Source: a virus. From it: a stretch of 64,000 bases of DNA. Every line of letters begins with the position of its first letter. The first letter of the stretch is position 1. The translations under genes were made by a program, and so were the position numbers. The notes under the pieces are model-generated. The model made no database searches. It was not told where the DNA came from and saw nothing but the letters and a program-made list of their open reading frames with translations. Of this stretch, positions 17,239-27,284 are shown piece by piece. Where the stretch lies: the IMG/VR virus record IMGVR_UViG_3300028666_000032, positions 5,879-69,878 of that record; one strand, 5' to 3'.

Positions 17239-19614
17239 CTATTCTTCGGCGTCACTTTCTTCGTCGCCGTCACTACTATCCGTCACAGAAATTATTGAAC
17301 ACCCGCACGCGGGATGCGCGGGGGGAGCATCGTCTCCACTACTGAAATCAGAATCCAAATCAATATCACCGTCATCTGCATTTTCGAGACAAATTTCACA
17401 AGCTGTTTCATCGGGATACCAACTTTTCAAGACCTTAATACCCGTATCCCGAGCAGCCTTGAACCCAGCAAGAGTCCCTTGTGCATTTGCATTCTGCAAT
17501 TCTGTTCTGGCAATCAGCTTGGCCCTGTCTTCGCTGAATGCTCCGGCATTTTGGATGGTATCCTGCAAATCGGATGGATTGAGATCGCCTGAATAAATAT
17601 CGCCGATTATATCACGCAGCTCATCGCGGGTAGCGTCAGAGATCACCCAGTCCGCATTAGGGTTGTCGACCAACTCTCCGTCCACCCACTTCTTTCCCAC
17701 CATCTCAGCCGCGCGTTGGCGGGCGAAGGAAAGGCTGAATTGATTGACCTGATTCACCAAATCGCTTTGATCGAAGACGCCGAGCGTGGCCAGAGCTTGC
17801 TTGCCACTGTCCGCCGCGATGCGATCAAGGTATTCGGGCGTGGCATCGATCAGCGCATCAAGGCCAGAGAGGTCGAGAGACCCTGCAACGGCGGCAGCTT
17901 CAGCAGCGTCATCCACATCGCCGCTATCATCCTTCGCCAGTTTCCAGTGATGGCCTTTCAGTTGCCTCACCACTTGGGCAGCAGTTTTTTCCAGAATGTG
18001 GTGTATTTTCGCCACTAGCTGCGGTTCGGTCTGCTCGACGATAGGACGGTGAAAAGGGAGCGGCTTATGCCTCACCGCCTTTCCCAACAACTTGTTTGCT
18101 GGTTTATCGTCGTCATTGGGCTTGGAGGCTCCCTGAGCGCCTTTTCCCCCAGCGGTCGGTTCATTTGTTTGCCCCGGCTTCTGCTGGGCCAGCGCCGCTG
18201 TCTGCGCCGCCCTGGCTTCCGCCTGGGCCTGCATGTTCTGCTGCTGCATCTGCTGCTGCTGCTCGAAGCTGTCCAGCGGAACGTAGCCTGTCGGGGTGAG
18301 CGCCATGGGATCGTCGCCGCCAGTGATCGGATCGAGGCCGAGATCGTTGCGGCCTTCGTTGATGGTCTTCACGCCGGCCTTCACGTATTCGGTGATGACA
18401 TCCGCCTGAACCTTGGGATCGGCATGTGCGCCCTCGCGCCATGAGAACTCGAAATTATCGGCATACTCGTCGCCGAAGTCCCCGATCAGCTCATCCACGA
18501 TCAGTTTCACATACTGCATCTTGGGAAACTGACCATCTTCCTTGCCACGGTCGGCATCTGACTCGCTGGTCGACCTGTTCATCTGCTTGATGAAAGCGGT
18601 AGGCGGAACGCCAAAGCAAGAACAGACGATCCGGGCGAACCATTCATCGGCATCGCTTTTCAGCTCGGTTTGCTTGAGGGGAACGATCTCGGCTCCCGAA
18701 GGCAGGAACGGCGTGCCGCGGCGCATGGCCGTGTTGCCACGAAGCAGATCGTTGAACCTTTCCTCGAACGCCTTGATCGCGTCCGTTGTCATGCCTTCGG
18801 GCATCTTGGCGTAGCTGTCGGGCAGTGTTCCTTCAGTGAAAAACTGAAGCTGGCCCTTTTGCCGTTCGATAATAGTTTGCCCGGTGACGATCACGTTCTC
18901 GACTGCCGAAATCCCGCGTATCGGATAGTCCGTCGTGATGTTGCGCGACATGTAAAGCATTTCATCGGTCGTATAATCTGCTCGCGGAGAACCTTTGATT
19001 ATCTGTTGGTAAGCAGGATCGGGGTCTTGCGGCCTTCTGCCGTTGGCGTCGATCAGGACCTTGATACGCGCCGAGTCGAACAACTCAAATGCATACGGCC
19101 TGCCGAGTTGGTCCTTTGGCCTGTAGATCGAGACCGCATCCAGAACCAGGAAATCATCCAGCAGCATGCGCAGCCAGGTATCCCATGGGTTGATCTTGTC
19201 GGGCTTGCGGAAGAACCTGGTTATCTCCTCAACGCGTGGGTCTTCGGGATCGGCTTCGCTGTCTTCCTTGGGAACAATTTGCCAGTCAAACGCGCATATC
19301 TGATCTTTGACCATCTGAATGACGATGCGCATGATCTCGCACTGGCGGGCCACGCCACGCAGCTCATGGAAGCGGATGCGTCCGAATGAGTCCGGCTGGA
19401 ACTGCAGGTTGATGGCTGTGGGATAGTCCCAAGTACGGCCAACGATGCCGGGCAGGTATGGAACAAGCGGCTGGTTGGGGGAGAATACGGTTTCTGATGT
19501 GATATTACGGATCGTCGTGCGGTCGCCTTTGAAGAAGGCGGAGGCAAGCCTGAGCGACTCGCGCGCACGCTCGAAAAAGCCTAGTGGCGGCTTCGGAACT
19601 TCAAAACTAACCAT
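17239..19614 (-). CDS. portal protein fused to Mu gpF/SPP1 gp7-like minor head domain
   Basis: Portal motifs (ARIVCSCFGVPP, TINEGRNDLGLDPITGGD), a Gln-rich linker, then RAKLIARTE...CEIC...PPAHPACGC. Confidence 0.85.
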   Translation of the reverse strand: MVSFEVPKPPLGFFERARESLRLASAFFKGDRTTIRNITSETVFSPNQPLVPYLPGIVGRTWDYPTAINLQFQPDSFGRIRFHELRGVARQCEIMRIVIQMVKDQICAFDWQIVPKEDSEADPEDPRVEEITRFFRKPDKINPWDTWLRMLLDDFLVLDAVSIYRPKDQLGRPYAFELFDSARIKVLIDANGRRPQDPDPAYQQIIKGSPRADYTTDEMLYMSRNITTDYPIRGISAVENVIVTGQTIIERQKGQLQFFTEGTLPDSYAKMPEGMTTDAIKAFEERFNDLLRGNTAMRRGTPFLPSGAEIVPLKQTELKSDADEWFARIVCSCFGVPPTAFIKQMNRSTSESDADRGKEDGQFPKMQYVKLIVDELIGDFGDEYADNFEFSWREGAHADPKVQADVITEYVKAGVKTINEGRNDLGLDPITGGDDPMALTPTGYVPLDSFEQQQQMQQQNMQAQAEARAAQTAALAQQKPGQTNEPTAGGKGAQGASKPNDDDKPANKLLGKAVRHKPLPFHRPIVEQTEPQLVAKIHHILEKTAAQVVRQLKGHHWKLAKDDSGDVDDAAEAAAVAGSLDLSGLDALIDATPEYLDRIAADSGKQALATLGVFDQSDLVNQVNQFSLSFARQRAAEMVGKKWVDGELVDNPNADWVISDATRDELRDIIGDIYSGDLNPSDLQDTIQNAGAFSEDRAKLIARTELQNANAQGTLAGFKAARDTGIKVLKSWYPDETACEICLENADDGDIDLDSDFSSGDDAPPAHPACGCSIISVTDSSDGDEESDAEE

Positions 19615-19635
19615 TGACCCTCACGGGGCACCCGG

Positions 19636-20364
19636 TTAGGTGCCGATCACCACCAGCGGAACCGTGGCACCCAAGCCCAAGGCATAGCTTGCCGTGGGGA
19701 AGGTTGCCGGGAGCGCAGCGTAGGTAAATGCAGCCGATACACCGCCAAGGAACTGAGCCGATGTGGCAAACGCATGTGCGGCAGTGTCAAAGCCAAGATC
19801 GCGGCTGAGTTCGAGCGCGGCGTTCGCCGTGGTCGACTCAACTGTCGGCATGGTGGAGGATGCCGAAGCAGTTGACGCCACCCAATACCAGCCTTCCGGA
19901 ATGCTCAGAGCGATAGCGCTTGAGCCGACGACGGCAGTGCCGGTGCCAGCGAGGTCGCCAGTGTCAGATCCTGCCACTAAGGCTGTTGGCGTTCCTGCAA
20001 CGTCGGTGTAGAGACCGGCGCGAACCTTGCCGCCTGTCTGGCCGGTCGTGACATCGATGCTGAGTGACTGAAGTGCCACGTTGCCGGGAATGTAAATCGG
20101 ATAGGCGTAAATGGTGGATGCAACGGTCAGAAGGGTTGCCGGGGTAAGGCCTGAAAGACCGGTGTAGAAGCGGCTTGCTATCCACGAAAGACGTGAACCA
20201 GTTGATGGACCGGCAACGGGGCGAAGGCCCATTTCAAGGATATCGAGCACGTCCTGCATGGCGACGGCGCTGACGATGCCATTCACGGGAGCGTAGACGT
20301 TTCCTGATTTGCAAGCGAATTCGGTTGAGTTATTGCCTGCGGGGACTTTGAAATAGTTCGTCAT
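19636..20364 (-). CDS. putative virion structural/decoration protein
   Basis: 242 aa, Ala/Thr/Gly-rich and beta-like; between terminase and portal. Confidence 0.5.
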   Translation of the reverse strand: MTNYFKVPAGNNSTEFACKSGNVYAPVNGIVSAVAMQDVLDILEMGLRPVAGPSTGSRLSWIASRFYTGLSGLTPATLLTVASTIYAYPIYIPGNVALQSLSIDVTTGQTGGKVRAGLYTDVAGTPTALVAGSDTGDLAGTGTAVVGSSAIALSIPEGWYWVASTASASSTMPTVESTTANAALELSRDLGFDTAAHAFATSAQFLGGVSAAFTYAALPATFPTASYALGLGATVPLVVIGT

Positions 20365-20440
20365 GATGCTGGCATCCTTTGGGAGCTGGTGCGCGTTGCC
20401 ATGTTTTTATCATAACGCAAGAAACAGTACCAGCGGGATT

Positions 20441-21679
20441 TTAGACCTTCGCCTGCTTGGCTTTTTCTTCCGCATCGCGCTGCGCCCAATACTGCAGGAT
20501 ATTATCGCCAACGGATGGAAGCGCCCTTCGACGCTGAGCAAGAGCAAGAGCGCAAACACAATCGTCATGAAGGCCTTCAGGAGCAGAATATCTGCAGCCA
20601 GTGCGCGTATATTCGTATTCGAATTGCTCCAGTTCGACCACGATAGGCCCATCCGGATATCCGACAGCTTCTTGCTGAATGGCGACCGCCAGCCCTTCCA
20701 TCAATTGCTGCTTGCTTGGCGCTGTAAAATGATAGCCTTCGATGTTCGGATGCGTTCGTTGAATGGCTTCCACAATAGGATCGCCAACACCGGTTGAATC
20801 GGCGTAAGCTGGACAACCCGTACCGGTAATCGACTTGATAAGCTCGATGGTTTCCATCCACGGCTTTTGCCAGCGATGAAATGCTGCAACATCGCCGTTG
20901 ATGTCGAGACCAATGCCAACGCACCAATCGTTCTTTTTTGCTAGATCCCAGCCCCACCATTTTGGTGCCAGCTTGGACAGCGGCTTGATGCAATGTTTGA
21001 TTGCCGAGAGACCAAACGGATTTCCACCGTCATCCGAAGGGATTGCCTCATACAGCTCGCGAAACACCTGTTCCGGCAGGATGCGCCTTGCATCATCAAC
21101 CTCTTGCGCAGAAATCACACCAGCCGCGACTGCATCAGCAGCAATGATTTTGCTGTAATGCATGTCCGGATCACCAGCCTCGGCGAGCCGGGCCATTTTG
21201 AAGAACCAGTTTTGCCGCCCGCGGACGTTGCCGATCATGCGGATATGTCCGCGCGTGGCAGTCAAGGTTGAACGAACCGCGTGCCATGCTTCTTCGCGAA
21301 GACGGCTGGCTTCATCGATTATCGCATCGTAAACGTCTTCGCCGTAGAGATTGTCCGGCTTTTCACCAGACCGAAACTCAAGCCGCGTCTCGTTTGGCAG
21401 CTCGATCCAGAGGTCAGTATCATGCGTTCTGATCAGCTCGCCCGGCAACCCGCGCTTGATGCGGTTGTAGACCATTTTCGCTTGAGAATAGACGGGAGCA
21501 ACCCACCACCGCTTTTGCCCTGGCATTCCGCGAAGCGATCGCTCAACGATCCACGCCATGCCGCCAGCGGTCTTGCCTGCCTTCGTGGTCGCCTCGCACA
21601 AGCTGTAACGCTTATCGTTGAAAAATGCGTCACTCTGTTTGAGGTAAAGTATCGGCCTTTGGTACGTCAGTTCTGGCAT
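20441..21679 (-). CDS. terL: terminase large subunit
   Basis: ATTKAGKT Walker A, IIDEA Walker B, GWDLAK, DSTGVGD and HDDCVCALALA nuclease motifs. Confidence 0.92.
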   Translation of the reverse strand: MPELTYQRPILYLKQSDAFFNDKRYSLCEATTKAGKTAGGMAWIVERSLRGMPGQKRWWVAPVYSQAKMVYNRIKRGLPGELIRTHDTDLWIELPNETRLEFRSGEKPDNLYGEDVYDAIIDEASRLREEAWHAVRSTLTATRGHIRMIGNVRGRQNWFFKMARLAEAGDPDMHYSKIIAADAVAAGVISAQEVDDARRILPEQVFRELYEAIPSDDGGNPFGLSAIKHCIKPLSKLAPKWWGWDLAKKNDWCVGIGLDINGDVAAFHRWQKPWMETIELIKSITGTGCPAYADSTGVGDPIVEAIQRTHPNIEGYHFTAPSKQQLMEGLAVAIQQEAVGYPDGPIVVELEQFEYEYTRTGCRYSAPEGLHDDCVCALALAQRRRALPSVGDNILQYWAQRDAEEKAKQAKV

Positions 21680-22064
21680 CAGAGCCGAATTTGAGAGTGA
21701 AGCTTAAAGGATTGTCTTTGTCGCCTGCAAAAACTTGAGTAGGCGCGCCTTCGATACGGCTCAGCATGGCCTCACGTTCTTTGCCAACATGATCAGCCCC
21801 GGAGTCCGTAACTGTCAGCCGCCTTTCCATCGAGCGCGCCATGTGCAAAATGCAAACAGCATCCCAATACGATAGCTCGGTAGTTCTTTTCACGTCATCT
21901 ACGGCATACTCAAGTATCTGGGCTGTCGTGTATTTCTCGGACAGCCTGATAATCCTGTCGCCATACTTCTGCCATCCCTGCGCATGGCCATTTTTGCCTT
22001 CGGGATTACTGATATTGCCGAGTGCATAAGTGCCATCAGGATTGCGAATTTCGGTGCCAGCCAT
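21630..22064 (-). CDS. terminase small subunit (putative)
   Basis: RNPDGTYALGNISNPEG N-terminus; directly upstream of terL. Confidence 0.65.
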   Translation of the reverse strand: MAGTEIRNPDGTYALGNISNPEGKNGHAQGWQKYGDRIIRLSEKYTTAQILEYAVDDVKRTTELSYWDAVCILHMARSMERRLTVTDSGADHVGKEREAMLSRIEGAPTQVFAGDKDNPLSFTLKFGSDARTDVPKADTLPQTE

Positions 22065-22075
22065 GCTCAACTATA

Positions 22076-23710
22076 TCATTGATCTTCCAGTTGCGGAAAC
22101 GCCTTCTTCAGCCAAAGCTCCTTGGCGTTGTCGTCTCGACCTTCGTAGTCACACGTCATCCAGACCACATCTACAAACTGAAATACGCCATGAGGATCGA
22201 AATCTCCCTTGTGGACAATGGCTTCGAAGCACCGTGCGAAGTTCGTCGGACAGGTGTGTTCGTTGTAGTAATACTCAGCGTGCGTTTTGACCTCAGCAAG
22301 ACTATCGTCTACGTCACCGAGGCCTTCGACAACAAAATAGGCATCGGCAAACTTCAGAAGAACGAGCGTTTTGCGCAACTTAGCATGGAATGGGTGGGTA
22401 GATCCATTGTGAACCATTGCTTCGGTCGGCGGATTGCGCGGGTCGTATGGCATGGCGAAGGCGGAGATGATCATTGCTGTTGCTTCGAGCTGCGCAAATT
22501 CAACGGCGCACATTCCGGCAACACGCGAGCTTGCTCGACGGTAAAATTGTGGTTGCCATAGGTAGTTAAGATCGCGGTTACACACGCCTGCTTTTCAGCG
22601 GCGACAAGATGGTTAGGCCACGCACCGTAGCCAATGAGGCAAGCGCAGAGGCCAACAACTATAATGATAATGCGCTTCGTCATTCCCTTGCCATCCGAAG
22701 TATGTACCCAACAATATCCGCAATCACGCTGTCCGGCGGCAAGACCAGGGGTGGGACTTGATGAGCTTCAAACCGGTGTTTCAGGTATAGCATGCAGTCC
22801 CTACTTATGTCGTCGTCCATAACAAAAGTCTTCGGCTCGCACCAATAGCGTATGATGCCGGTTTCACGGTCGGCTTGTTGGCATAGAGTAGTGTCCTCAA
22901 TGCGCGCACCAGTTGCAGCAAGATATCGCGCTACAAAATGCTCGAGGTTTGACACCTGCTCCTGAATGGCTTTTTCGATCAACGCATGATGTCCGGGCGT
23001 GTCGGTCATTTGTCCTTGCTCGATAGCGGGCAGTTTCCGCGCTCTATCAGCGCGGGCCTTACGGAAAGACCGTCTCTCTGGATTACCATCCTTTCATCGC
23101 ATGCGGCCTCGATGCTCAAGCGGCAGTTCAACAATGTCATGCGACGTGGCCGAGGCCGACATGGGAAGCAGGATGCAGAGGAGCAGCGCCAATTTAGTTG
23201 ATATGGTTCGCATCATCCCTTCCTCAGCGGCTTGCGCTCGGTGATATGGCGCTCGGTGGGGAGGCGGGTTTCGGTATCAATCTCACCACGGACTAGGCTC
23301 AGGCCATTACTGGTCAGCCCGACATACGATTTTTGTTCGGCAAAGCCATGATCGATCAGTGATTTTTGGTCTTGCGGATGAATCTCGATGCCGAACCAAA
23401 TTGCCAATGCTGCTTCACGCAAGGAAGCTGCCATTTTGGGTAGTCTATCGCTCATGCGGATTGCTCCGCCATAAAATCGAGGTATTTACTTCTGATATGC
23501 TCGATAACAGGAGCGTAAACCTCCTCCAAGTCCCGCACATTATACAACGTTGACTCCGCCGAGATGCAGGCGCGCATGCCGACTGTTGTTTCACTGCGAA
23601 TCGCCTTCTCAATGGCCTCTGAACGCGTAAGCTTGCGCCCGCGCAGTTGCCGCTGGAACTCGTGCTGGAGCCGTTCAATCTCCGAAGTATGATCCAAAGG
23701 CAAACTCATT
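22076..23710 (-). other. cluster of small hypothetical ORFs
   Basis: Overlapping short minus-strand ORFs, e.g. 22076-22474, 22471-22683, 22680-23009, 23213-23455 and 23452-23709; no recognisable family. Confidence 0.5.
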
Positions 23711-24125
23711 CCGTATCCCTCGTATCCTTCCTCGCCTGCGCAACGCCTTCCATGTTGGCGCCGGAACCCATGTTCATCGAGGCGTAACGAGTGCCGTCGA
23801 GTACGCAATTCGAGGTGAAGCGAAATGCCGCCGCTGTGGCTTCTGTGTCATACCCGCCAGCAAATACTCCGACAACAGGGATGAAATTCTCAGGATGCGC
23901 CTGCGCCGCGCCGTAGCTGTAAATCCAGACGGTCTTGCTGTCATCCCCGGAGTTGCTGGGACGAATTACGTTCGGCGGCCCAAGCCTAGCCTGCACATCG
24001 GCACAGGTGGACTTGCCAGCGGTAAACTCCGTCATAGCTGACTGATCAACCTTCACACCGCTGCTAGCGCACGAGCAAAGTAGGCCTGCGCATAAAAGCA
24101 ATGCCGCCAGCTTGTTTGTGCTCAT
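23706..24125 (-). CDS. SmpA/BamE-like outer-membrane lipoprotein
   Basis: MSTNKLAALLLCAGLLCSC lipobox; GKSTCADVQARLGPP...VWIYSY pattern. Confidence 0.6.
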   Translation of the reverse strand: MSTNKLAALLLCAGLLCSCASSGVKVDQSAMTEFTAGKSTCADVQARLGPPNVIRPSNSGDDSKTVWIYSYGAAQAHPENFIPVVGVFAGGYDTEATAAAFRFTSNCVLDGTRYASMNMGSGANMEGVAQARKDTRDTE

Positions 24126-24274
24126 GCGCTCCATCAGTAGTTCAACCGGAGTGATTTTTTTGGGTTGCCCCTTGCTATCCGCCACGATCAGCGGCGTGTT
24201 GTTGAGAATAGCCTTCGTTTTTACCGCTTCGATATGCGCGGGCCAAGCTTCTTTGATTTTGTCGATCCAGTCGC

Positions 24275-24652
24275 TCATGTTTGTAACCCTGGAGGCGGCT
24301 GCACACGTTGGGCGTTCTGCATAATCTCTTGCGCACGTTTCCTGTTTTGCTTGGCCGTTGCCATCGTCTTGATAACCGGGTCTTTTTCAACCCGGTCGTT
24401 GAACCGTTGCTCGGCTAGCATGTTGGCAATCTGCACCTCGCCGTTGGCGCGAGCCTGCTCGGCAACGTCAACGATAATGTCGGCAGCAACCATCTCCGAT
24501 TTGTATTCAATGACTTGTTTGAAATCGTCTGTCTGGCGCAACAAGTCACTACCTAAAACCTCTGGCGCTTGTTCTGCACTCGACCTTGATTCGTAATAAA
24601 GATTGATAGTCTGCGCTGGTGTGGTGGAAAGGGTTATCTGTCTGACAATCAT
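24275..24652 (-). CDS. hypothetical protein
   Basis: 125-aa ORF coupled to its neighbours. Confidence 0.5.
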   Translation of the reverse strand: MIVRQITLSTTPAQTINLYYESRSSAEQAPEVLGSDLLRQTDDFKQVIEYKSEMVAADIIVDVAEQARANGEVQIANMLAEQRFNDRVEKDPVIKTMATAKQNRKRAQEIMQNAQRVQPPPGLQT

Positions 24653-25036
24653 TGGTTCTCCTGTGGGGCTGAAGTCGTCGTGAGGCTGAAGTGGGGATGG
24701 CGGATGAAATGCCGGAAGGTTTGGCTGGAGAGTTGGTCATAGCCGGTCACTTCGGGGAGCATAGTCTCTCCCTGAGTTGCTACCGCGGGCGTGGGGGCAT
24801 TCTGCGGGCTGGGGATGGCTTGCAATCCATTGACGAATAGCCCCGCAATCCCTGCCATCAAGAGCATGACGGCGATAATTCCAGTGCAGAATATGGCAAT
24901 GGGGGATAAGGCGCGCACGGGGCAGGTGGATTGGGGTTTGGGGGTGGGTTTGGTCATTATTCAATACTCCAGTAGATAACTTTGCCGAGGCGGTAGAGAA
25001 GCCAGCCGAAGAGCGCGAGGAGGATGCCAGCGGTGA

Positions 25037-25336
25037 TCATGTGGCCTCCACCGCCGAGATCAGGGTGGCGATAGCCTTGGCAACGCCGTAGGGCCTGCGG
25101 GTCGTTTTCCGGGCCGTGGGGCGGATTGCCTTCTGGCGTAGTGCCGCATAGCCCCCCTGCCCGAATTTCGTCACCAGCGCCGAGAATTCGTCCGGGGAGA
25201 AGCCATGCAGGCGGAGGGCGTCCTCTAGCTTGATTTCGCCGTCGAGGACTTTCTCGACCAGCTCAGCCTTTTTGCTGGCACTCCAGCGGGTAGAGCCGGG
25301 GGATAGATATTTGGTGGGGGAAGGGAAGTCGTTCAT
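25037..25336 (-). CDS. SciP/DUF1153-like CtrA inhibitor homolog
   Basis: SPGSTRWSASKKAELVEKVLDGEIKLEDALRLHGFSPDEF...GYAALR resembles SciP (RWVxRRKAEVV...LEEA...EEF...GLxGLR); GGGAGGA RBS. Confidence 0.7.
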   Translation of the reverse strand: MNDFPSPTKYLSPGSTRWSASKKAELVEKVLDGEIKLEDALRLHGFSPDEFSALVTKFGQGGYAALRQKAIRPTARKTTRRPYGVAKAIATLISAVEAT

Positions 25337-25469
25337 TCCGCGTCCTCCCGAACCATGACGTGGATAAGACGCAATCTGCTCTTGCAGGCTTGGCCACCGG
25401 GAACGTCGAATACCTTTTCGCAGTCAGGGCAGTGCCATGTGTGCTTGAGGATCAGCGTTGGCTTGGGCT

Positions 25470-25787
25470 CTACGGTTGTGTCTGGCTGGACGCGCATGCG
25501 GTCTCCGTTAGCTGCTTGACGAAAGCTCTGCCTTCTGGCGTCGGACTGATGAAAACCCTGCGCCCGTCAAACCGGCTGCGCTCTCTCTTGGCCAATCCCT
25601 TGATGCTCAAGCTGTCCATCAGGCGCGACATGCAGGAGGCATTCAAGCCAAGCTCGCGGCGAATGAGGCCGAAGTCGGAGGGATGGTCGAACATGCTGAT
25701 CATGAGAAGAATGCCGAGGGAGCGGGTAGCAAAGAAATCGTAGGGAAACGTAGGTTTTATAGCGTTCAGGAGTTCCAGAGTATTCAT
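25470..25787 (-). CDS. MarR-type winged-helix regulator
   Basis: MSRLMDSLSIKGLAKRERSRFDGRRVFISPTPEGR. Confidence 0.75.
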   Translation of the reverse strand: MNTLELLNAIKPTFPYDFFATRSLGILLMISMFDHPSDFGLIRRELGLNASCMSRLMDSLSIKGLAKRERSRFDGRRVFISPTPEGRAFVKQLTETACASSQTQP

Positions 25788-25965
25788 TGCGAAAGCGATA
25801 GTGCATTACGAGATTGTTAATTGCAACGGAAACGCAAGCAATATTATTGCTTTTTCACGAGCACCAAAACCTTGTCGGTCTTTTCGACAGAGCGAGTGTA
25901 TTCGTGATCGAGCTTGCGGGTGGTGGCTTGGTCTTTCCATTGGCCGCGGTAACGGGAGGGTTTGG

Positions 25966-26760
25966 TCATGCGGCCTCTATGATTTCACGAGGGCATAGGC
26001 AATGGGGTGAGTCGGGCGTATCGCCCCAACGTGAAAGCCAGAATTTTCTCTCCCGCCATCCCTGTATTCGCATTTTCCATGGTTCAATATGGCCGTCTTG
26101 GTTTGACACCGCTTGGTCTAACCAGCAATCTCCATCGAGCCAATCAGCAGGCTTAGGTGCAAACCGCATCTCCGGCGGAAACTTATGCTGCCGCAGTCCC
26201 GTCATCAGGTCGATATGGGAAATCCTAGCCATCGCCCGGTCATAGGCTTTGCGAGCAAAACCCTTTTGAGTTTTCTTCGGATAGGCAAGCCAAAATTCTT
26301 CAAAAAAGACTAGGTTTCCTAAGCCGTCACCCTCTTTTGTTGCTATTGGGGTTGCTATCGCTGTCGAGCTAGATAGTGAAATGGCGTCACCACTAGAAGC
26401 TAGTGTATTGTTATTATTAGATTCGCGCTCATATTCGGCCTTGTTTCGTCCACCTTTCGCGCTACTTTCGAGGTGAGTTCGCTTCATGTTCAGCTCACGT
26501 TCACATCTTTTTTGGGTGATTTTCGACCCCTTAATCTGAAGCGAGCCTGCGGCCAATAGTTGAGCAATTAACGCCCTTGCCAGCCTTGACGAGCATCCGG
26601 CCGCACGACCAATCCATGCCGGGTCGTTCTCGATAGGGCCACGGTTCGCATAGATCATGGCGACAATCTGGATGAAAATTCCCCGCTGTTCGACTGTCAT
26701 TTTTCCAGTTTGAACCAGCCATTCAGAGGGGTAAAAATCAATACGAAACAGTCTGTCCAT
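25966..26760 (-). CDS. YdaU/DUF1376-family replication initiator
   Basis: RIDFYPSEWLVQTGKMTVEQRGIFIQI at the N-terminus; FEEFWLAYPKK...A.KAY at the C-terminus. Confidence 0.8.
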   Translation of the reverse strand: MDRLFRIDFYPSEWLVQTGKMTVEQRGIFIQIVAMIYANRGPIENDPAWIGRAAGCSSRLARALIAQLLAAGSLQIKGSKITQKRCERELNMKRTHLESSAKGGRNKAEYERESNNNNTLASSGDAISLSSSTAIATPIATKEGDGLGNLVFFEEFWLAYPKKTQKGFARKAYDRAMARISHIDLMTGLRQHKFPPEMRFAPKPADWLDGDCWLDQAVSNQDGHIEPWKMRIQGWRERKFWLSRWGDTPDSPHCLCPREIIEAA

Positions 26761-27284
26761 TATATTCCCTCGATCAATGACATCCATGCTTCCAGCGGCA
26801 TATCGCCTTTAGCCCTATTACACCTGAAACAGGATGTGATGAGATTAGTATCTTCATCACCGCCGCCCAAAGAAACTGGGTCTTTATGGTCACATTCGAG
26901 TTCTCCGCCTCTCTCTCCGCAGTATCCGCAGGTATAATCATCGCGTGCGAACACTCGTGATCTAATATCGTTCCAGACGCTACTAGGTGCTCTGCCAAGC
27001 TTAGGTTCGAGGCGAACGCCACATTCATTGAAATCTACTATCCAACCCGAAGATCCATTCTTCAGACACGATAATATTTTATCGCAAAAATTATCTTTCC
27101 ACTCTTTCAGAGAGATACGACAGATTCCAGCAAGTTCGACTTCATCGAATGGGAGGGGACTGCGAGAAGTCATATATTTGTCGATCAGACGCCGATAACA
27201 GCCGTCCTGAAATAGAGTTAGGTGGAAAGCATGATCCAGGTAGCGCTGTGGAAAAAACCGATAAGAGTATTCGTCAGGGATCAT
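26760..27284 (-). CDS. DUF1376-like N-terminus fused to HNH endonuclease
   Basis: YRFFPQRYLDHAFHLTLFQDGCYRRLID, plus VFARDDYTCGYCG...ECDHKDP...NLITSCFRCNRAKG. Confidence 0.75.
   Translation of the reverse strand: MIPDEYSYRFFPQRYLDHAFHLTLFQDGCYRRLIDKYMTSRSPLPFDEVELAGICRISLKEWKDNFCDKILSCLKNGSSGWIVDFNECGVRLEPKLGRAPSSVWNDIRSRVFARDDYTCGYCGERGGELECDHKDPVSLGGGDEDTNLITSCFRCNRAKGDMPLEAWMSLIEGI

Noticed and set aside
1069-22561. Numerous plus-strand and nested ORFs in the morphogenesis region
   Set aside because: They are antisense or off-frame shadows of well-supported minus-strand genes and have no motifs.
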